A stretch of 64,000 nt of DNA. Source: a virus. Shown piece after piece: positions 58,060-64,000 of the stretch (position 1 is its first letter; each line of letters starts with the position of its first letter). The stretch spans positions 1 through 64,000 of IMG/VR virus record IMGVR_UViG_3300032897_000002; one strand, written 5' to 3'. The notes beneath the pieces are model-generated. The model searched no databases. It was not told the origin of the DNA and saw nothing but the letters and a program-made list of their open reading frames with translations. A program made the position numbers and the translations under genes.

Positions 58060-59996
58060 TGCCCTCCTAATCCGGCCACTCAATTCTCCAGGTCTTGCCG
58101 CACACTTTGCATCTGTAATCATCGCAGCATCCATCGCGACACCCACCGATACATTCCACGGTATCTGGATAGGAAACAACTCCCTGCTGGCTGATTGTCA
58201 CCTTACCGCATTCATGTTCGTCGCTCACTTGCCCTCCTTGGCAGCTTTCCATGCTGCGAGTGCGGCTTCAAGGTCTGTCCATGCTCCCGTGTTAACGTTG
58301 CTTGCGATTACTCCCTCTACCGCATCCCCCAACCTCTCCGCCGCCTCCAGGCGTGCGATAAGCGTGGAGCCGGGGTTCGCCAACCGCTTCCGAGCCTTGA
58401 CGCAGTATTCAAGCCCGCACGTCTCGAATGGACCCGCTGGATGGTTTTCGTAGTGCCACGCCCGGTCGGGTTTTTCGGCTTCTACCCGGAGCTCCGCTGC
58501 TGATGCCTGCTCCCGCTGTCGGGCCTCCTCCGCGTTCTCGGAACGCTGTCGCAGAATTTTCTTTTCATCGATGACCACAGCACAAGTAGTGCGGAGATGA
58601 TCTCGCTCGCTTTCTACTTCCTGCCGGGCCTCGCGCTCGTGGGTGAGTTGGATTCTCAGTTCGTCCTCGCGTCGGCACCCGGCACAGTAGAACAGTAGTG
58701 ACTTCGCGGTAGGCCGTGGCTCTTGTGACCACTCCGCCTTGAGATGCCCGCACTCCATGCGCTCAAGTTGGGAGCGAAGATCAACTGTAGTTGCTTCCAA
58801 GAATACTTTAGGCTCGATCATTTTGCCCCTTTCGGCTTGCGGCCCTCTGGCAGTACCACGGCCTGTCCTGGGGATGGCCATGCAGCATCTTTATACTCAA
58901 TCGCCAGTTCACTTGCTGAAACCGCCATATTGCTGGGATTTTCGAAGATCGCTATTCGATACCAAGTTTTTTCCCAAGCTGTTTCGTTGGCGTTCCTGAA
59001 TCGAACCCACACGCACCATCGCTTACGCTTCATTTCCCATCCTCTATCGGCCTGCCCCGCCAATCCACGGGAGGAATGCCACGCCGCTTCGCCGCCCAGC
59101 ACAATAGGCCGTTATCTCCCTTATCTTTCCACGTCTGGTAGACTTCCTCGAATAGTTCGTCTGGAATTAACTCCGTGTCGCTACCGGGATAGAATACGTC
59201 GTTGACCAGAACGTAAGGTTGGCCATTAAACCCGTAGTAGACCGGCGCATCTTCGGACAGCATCTCGCGCATCTTCAGCAGGCGGTCAATCAGAGCCGCC
59301 GCGTATAGATACGGGTGATCCTCGGGATTGTCGTCGGATCGCATCGCTCGCAGGAGACCGACAATTTGAGCATCCATCTCGGGGTTTAATCTCATCGCAT
59401 CTCCCTCAACTGGTGAACCAGCCGATTCGCCAGCCTCCGAATGTCCCACCCGGCATACTGCGGGAATCGCTGCTCCCACTCCGCGCAACTCATCGGCCCG
59501 AACCAGTCACGGATGGCTTTCGCCGTCACTTCGCAGCGGCGCACGGCATCGGCCGGCGGGGTCTTGGCCAGCATTTGGCGTGATCTAATGACGGTCATTG
59601 TTCGCTCCGGTGGATATCGTACCACCTGTTTTCGCACTCCAGGGAGTGAAACAGGTAGATGCTTTCAGAGTCGGATTGCGAGGGCCGGTACAGTTGCCCG
59701 CAGCCAACGCAATTCGTTTCGCCGTCCTGATGGCGGTTGACCCAGACCACCAGTACGATCAGAAGAATTAGGACTGCCAACGTGATGCCGATTACGGATA
59801 GCATGGGGGCCTCCTAGTGCTTTCGCTTCCAAATGTACGCCGCCAGCAGCAGCGGCCACAGCATAATGGCGCCGATGCGCTCGATTCCCTCATCCGGTTC
59901 TGACGGCCAGTCCGGGGCGCGGTCAAGGAAATGCAGGACGATGATCCCCACCACAAGATAGTAGATGACCCCGAGACAGATGAGCACCATAACGCC

Positions 59997-60839
59997 TCAG
60001 ATTCGGTCGCGGAGGTTCTGCAACCAATCCAACATCGGCTTGAGGATTTTGAAATCGCCAATGGCGCCGTCGCTAATCACGTCATCAAGCTCCTGCTTGA
60101 CCTGCTTGGTGGTAAGTCGGGCCGGTTTGTCGGAGGCCACGCGAATATCCGCTGGCTTGAGTTCGCCCCTCTCCGCTTTCTTAAGGGCCTCCGATTGATG
60201 CTCCTTGTCCAGCTTGGCAAGGTGCTGGGCTTGGCTCTCCGTCACCGTCCCATCTGCCAGCGCCTTTTCCACCGCCGGTCCCACCGTCAAAAGCGCCTGC
60301 CACTTCTTGATCTGACGAATGGCCTTCTTCAGTTCAGGGTGCTTCTCGTTGCCGTTGACGCGATTCGCGAGGTTCGGAAAGAGCCCGGAGTTCAGCGCAA
60401 TCCATGCCTCATCCTTGCCGAAACGGATGAATTGTTTGCAGGAATAGGCTAGGTCAAGTGGCCCCATGTCGGCCCGGTTGAAGTTCTCGGAGAGTGCCAT
60501 CGCCAGCGCTTCGATGTCGTCCGCCTGGATGTAAATCACCCGGATTGCCATGGGCACAGGGGTCAGTTTGTTCTTGTTGATGTAACAGATGGCTTCCCAC
60601 CTGCGCCGTCCGCAGATGATCGTGAAAAATCCCTTGGCATTTTTCCGGCACGTAATCGGCACCACTTGCCCTTTGATCGTCTTGCCATCGGGCTTGCTGA
60701 GCATGTCGGCCACAAGGTCATCAACCGGCTTGTGCTCATGCCGCACGTCCAGCAGCGGGTCCACGTACACATCAAGGGGGTTCATAACGTATTCGGACCG
60801 CCGCGTCATGTCAAACGAATGCTTGATTTCAACCGCCAT
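59997..60839 (-). CDS. ParB/Srx-like protein
   Basis: GQVVPI...IICGRRRWEA, ALSENFNRADMGPLD, G.VTES.A.HLA.L. Confidence 0.85.
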   Translation of the reverse strand: MAVEIKHSFDMTRRSEYVMNPLDVYVDPLLDVRHEHKPVDDLVADMLSKPDGKTIKGQVVPITCRKNAKGFFTIICGRRRWEAICYINKNKLTPVPMAIRVIYIQADDIEALAMALSENFNRADMGPLDLAYSCKQFIRFGKDEAWIALNSGLFPNLANRVNGNEKHPELKKAIRQIKKWQALLTVGPAVEKALADGTVTESQAQHLAKLDKEHQSEALKKAERGELKPADIRVASDKPARLTTKQVKQELDDVISDGAIGDFKILKPMLDWLQNLRDRI

Positions 60840-61202
60840 TTTCTTTCTCCTTTCACCTCGCCCTGAATTTGAACTCGACTTCGAGATAGCGCAGGATAGC
60901 CATGAACCGCGCCTTGCCGTCCCGCAGGTCTGCGCCCCGCACTTCCCCAACCTTCAGAAATCCGTTTGGCCCGTCGCCATCTCGGGAGAGCAGCGCCCGC
61001 GATAACGCAATGCCGCGCCCTACTTGGCGGCTGAAGTGGTCCAGCGGCGAGCACCGCCCAATGCCGATGCGGAGATGCAGCTTGACAATCTCGACGCCCT
61101 GGTAGCACGCATGAGTCACCACCACCGCGAAAGTCCGGCGGTCGCGTATCGGCTGATTCAGCAGGTCTTTGTGGGCTTCGTGAAAGATGTAGACTTGGGG
61201 GG

Positions 61203-62477
61203 TCATCGGTTCACCTCGGGGAATTCTCGAATTCTTAAATCCTCTGGCCATTCTTCGGGGTTCCCACCCTTATGGTCCTTGATGCGGAGAGGTATCTGCC
61301 CGCCGTTAATGTGCGTCCATGGGTGCGCCCCGAGTTGCTTCATAAAATATTTCACGCCAGCCGCCTTACACTGATCTCGCAGGCTTCGATACCACGCGAG
61401 ATTCGAGGGCCGCGCATTCGGACCACTCTCGCCACCGGCGATAACCAAATTTAGATGAGGAACTTTTAGTTCGCCGCTGCCATCGCTAAAATCGTACCGG
61501 GAAAGTGCCGACCAAGTATGCTCGTTCTCAGGATATGGCACATCGAAACTGATCGGGCCAATGAGCGGTTCCAAGCTGGCGAAGAGCACATTGTAAGGCC
61601 CCACAATCCAGCGCATGGATTCAAATCGCGTCATCCGTTCATTGAAAGTCTTTTGATTTTCCGCGCTGAATCCGAACTGCACATTGGGAGGCAAGGCGTG
61701 CTTCGGGCGGCCACAAAGCCGCATCCAATCGGTGCTCTCTTCCGTCAGTCCCTTTTCGTCAAATTCATACTCTCTCTCGACACCTATTGCCTTCAGGCTC
61801 TCCCAGTCGTCAATGCTCTCAGCAATGGGGCAGCAGTAGTTGTGGCATTCGCCTTCCTCGTTATTTTTGGGATGAGAACATCGCCAATCGCCATGAGCGT
61901 AGCCGCATTGGTTGCGATAGAAAATATCATCCAAGTGAGCCTCGTAGCCCGGTCCCATCGGCACCCGCTCTTTTTCCGTCCATCCGAATGAACGTCTGGA
62001 AGCCCGTTTCTCGACGTATTTGCACATGCGCTCAACGCGCTTCGTGAGAATCTGAAAGGTGTGCTGGCAGCATTCCCACATGATGTCGAAAACTTTGTCG
62101 ATCATCTCATCCGGCACAAACTCCCCGAACAGGTCCGTCTGTGAGCACACAAACACTTTGCGCGGCTTCTTCCAATGGCGGGGCTGAAGGAGAATCTTTT
62201 CGTCAAGGAAGATTTCAACGAGGTCGCGGGCTTGGCGATTGAACGGGAGGCCGGTTCCGTTGAAGGGAAGGCACCGACCGTTATTGGTTTCACTGTAGCA
62301 GTGTACGCATCCCGGCGAGACACGCTCGCAATGCGGCCCCACTCTTCCGGGTTGGATGATGGGCAGGAGAGAGGTGTACCCTTTTTGCTTTGCGATCTCC
62401 CGCGCATCCTTGCGGACCTTGGCACGGAGGGGTGTCCATGAGGCATCCGTCCATTGGATTGAACTTTTTGCGCCCAT
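61203..62477 (-). CDS. DUF5131 (phage Gp37/Gp68) family protein
   Basis: SSIQWTDASWTP, CERVSPGCVHCY, VFVCSQTDLF, HTFQILTKR, SLEPLIG, IAGGESGPNARP, YFMKQLG. Confidence 0.9.
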   Translation of the reverse strand: MGAKSSIQWTDASWTPLRAKVRKDAREIAKQKGYTSLLPIIQPGRVGPHCERVSPGCVHCYSETNNGRCLPFNGTGLPFNRQARDLVEIFLDEKILLQPRHWKKPRKVFVCSQTDLFGEFVPDEMIDKVFDIMWECCQHTFQILTKRVERMCKYVEKRASRRSFGWTEKERVPMGPGYEAHLDDIFYRNQCGYAHGDWRCSHPKNNEEGECHNYCCPIAESIDDWESLKAIGVEREYEFDEKGLTEESTDWMRLCGRPKHALPPNVQFGFSAENQKTFNERMTRFESMRWIVGPYNVLFASLEPLIGPISFDVPYPENEHTWSALSRYDFSDGSGELKVPHLNLVIAGGESGPNARPSNLAWYRSLRDQCKAAGVKYFMKQLGAHPWTHINGGQIPLRIKDHKGGNPEEWPEDLRIREFPEVNR

Positions 62478-62525
62478 TAAGACCTCCGAGACGCATCCTA
62501 AGTGAGTTCGATAGGTTTTGTCAAG

Positions 62526-62756
62526 TTATTTCTTTCGCGGCCGTCCACCCAGCTTCCCATTGCGCCGGGACGCGGCTTGCTTGGCATCCGTGACGCAGGC
62601 CCCGATGCACGCGAAGCAGACGTGGTGGAGTTTGACCGTGGCAGCGTGTTGCGCATGGGACTTGGGATAAGGCGCTGGCACCCGGCACACCGGGCAGCGC
62701 TCGGTCTTGGCGACGTGATGCACCCGGCACGTTGGGGTGCGGTGGCGGTTCGACAT
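62526..62756 (-). CDS. Small zinc-finger protein with a basic tail; leaderless
   Basis: C..H...CP.C; KQAASRRNGKLGGRPRKK; TTGACA-17 nt-TACCGT, then 6 nt to ATG. Confidence 0.55.
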   Translation of the reverse strand: MSNRHRTPTCRVHHVAKTERCPVCRVPAPYPKSHAQHAATVKLHHVCFACIGACVTDAKQAASRRNGKLGGRPRKK

Positions 62757-62794
62757 GCCCTGACGGTAGCAGCCGTTCGATGGGATGTCAACCG

Positions 62795-62968
62795 TTACGG
62801 ATATTCCGCCTTGTTCGCCTGAAGGCCATACTTGGTCCGGTAGTGAACCACCGTAGAGGTCTCCGTCCCCAGTCGCGTGGCGATGACTTTATCGGTCAAG
62901 CCCTGCTTCCAGAGACGGAGAAATGCCTCACGGTCGAATCGGCTGCCTTTCAGGCGCGGGCGGTACAT
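62795..62968 (-). CDS. Small HTH protein (57 aa; not in the ORF track)
   Basis: FLRLWKQGLTDKVIATRLGTETSTVVHYR. Confidence 0.6.
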   Translation of the reverse strand: MYRPRLKGSRFDREAFLRLWKQGLTDKVIATRLGTETSTVVHYRTKYGLQANKAEYP

Positions 62969-63179
62969 CAGACTTCCTGCGGAACCACGGTATCGCCTGG
63001 CTTGCGTGTCTTGCGCGGCCGTGGCACTTCGGGTCCCCCTGGCTGGCGAGCTTTCAACTCGACGGCAGCTTGGGCCGCGATGTGCTTTAACTCGGCGTCC
63101 GGCGCGGTGCGCAGGTACGTGAGAATCTCTAAAAATGGGTCTTTCTTGGCTCTTGACATTGGTGGGTCTCCTTTCGATT

Positions 63180-63563
63180 TTACAACACTAGCTTTCCCCC
63201 GCCGCGAGCCAGTTCGATCTCGTAGCGGGACGATGGAACACGACCGGCAGGTGGTATCGGGCGGGCAGGCTTCTGCTTCTTCGCAATGGGCTCCCGATGA
63301 TCTCCCGGCAGATAGATGTCGGGTGGCAATTCGTTGGTCAGCTTGACGTGCGCCCCGAGAGCGAGCAATTCCTTGTCCTGAATCTGGCGGCGGTACATAT
63401 CGACCAGCAGCCATAGGTAGCGGGCTTGTCTCTCTGTGAGCTTGTAGTCGGGGTCCTTGTCAACGCGCCAAGCGATATCGCGGCGAAAACGCTTCCCGGC
63501 TGAGGCCATTCGCATGGTGGCAGAGTAGAGAGCGGATAAGGCGCGTTGTTCAAGGGCGGTCAT
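63180..63563 (-). CDS. Hypothetical protein
   Basis: Tiles the minus-strand operon; LTERQARYLW.LV..YRRQI pattern. Confidence 0.55.
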   Translation of the reverse strand: MTALEQRALSALYSATMRMASAGKRFRRDIAWRVDKDPDYKLTERQARYLWLLVDMYRRQIQDKELLALGAHVKLTNELPPDIYLPGDHREPIAKKQKPARPIPPAGRVPSSRYEIELARGGGKLVL

Positions 63564-64000
63564 TTCTTTCGGAGAATTGAGATGAATTCGTCCTTTATGT
63601 CTTTGTTAGCAATCGCCCGCAAAGTCTCTTCGTGTTCGGCGTGTGTCATGGGTTCGCCAGACATAGCCTTGCAGAATCCGACGATGAGGTTCCCAATGTT
63701 CGGCTTATCGGTGTATTGCGGAGTACGAGTCCCTTGGCAGAAAGCAGCACAGGCACGAATGAATCCCGGCCCGCTGCATGGTGCCCGCCGTGCGAATTCA
63801 TCCCATTCCTTCAAGTCAAGCGTCGTTAGATGCTCAACGAATAGGCGCATCCGCAGGAAATGAATGCCTCCGAAGGCACCACGTCCATCTTGGTAATAGT
63901 ACCCGCAGTCGGAAACCATGCCAGCAGAATGGATGATCTCTTCATGGAGCGCTAGAGACGGGCCAATGGGGTATCCTTCCCAAGCCTTATAGATGCAGAT

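Noticed and set aside
1-64000. Integrase, att sites, lysis genes, reverse transcriptase or DGR
   Set aside because: None recognised in this window, so prophage versus free phage cannot be decided.

Overview
The window is a contiguous part of a GC-rich tailed (podovirus-type) phage or prophage genome; an Acidobacteriota-like host is an inference only. The minus strand carries, from right to left: ParB, DUF5131, a replication initiator and DnaB (54.8-62.5 kb); terminase small and large subunits (44.1-46.3 kb); about 15 kb of small accessory genes; then portal, scaffold, major capsid, adaptor, tail nozzle and ejection proteins running off the left edge. A plus-strand block of small early-type genes (49.5-54.6 kb, including LPD29) and two IS1-like DDE transposase loci are embedded. 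The main finding is a self-contained cassette between scaffold and capsid (20.3-23.5 kb) with its own sigma70 promoter. It contains four homologous Y-RNA-like, tRNA-mimicking ncRNAs (three circularly permuted, one in canonical tRNA order), an HNH nuclease gene between them, and a divergent Ro60/TROVE-vWA gene followed by a coiled-coil gene and an RHH gene. Other notable items: a histidine-phosphatase domain inserted in-frame in the portal protein, a group I intron with a LAGLIDADG gene after codon 12 of the capsid gene, two unrelated DNA methyltransferases sharing a C-terminal tail, and two 1-nt frameshifts. All calls come from motif recognition and manual base-pairing; no database searches were run.
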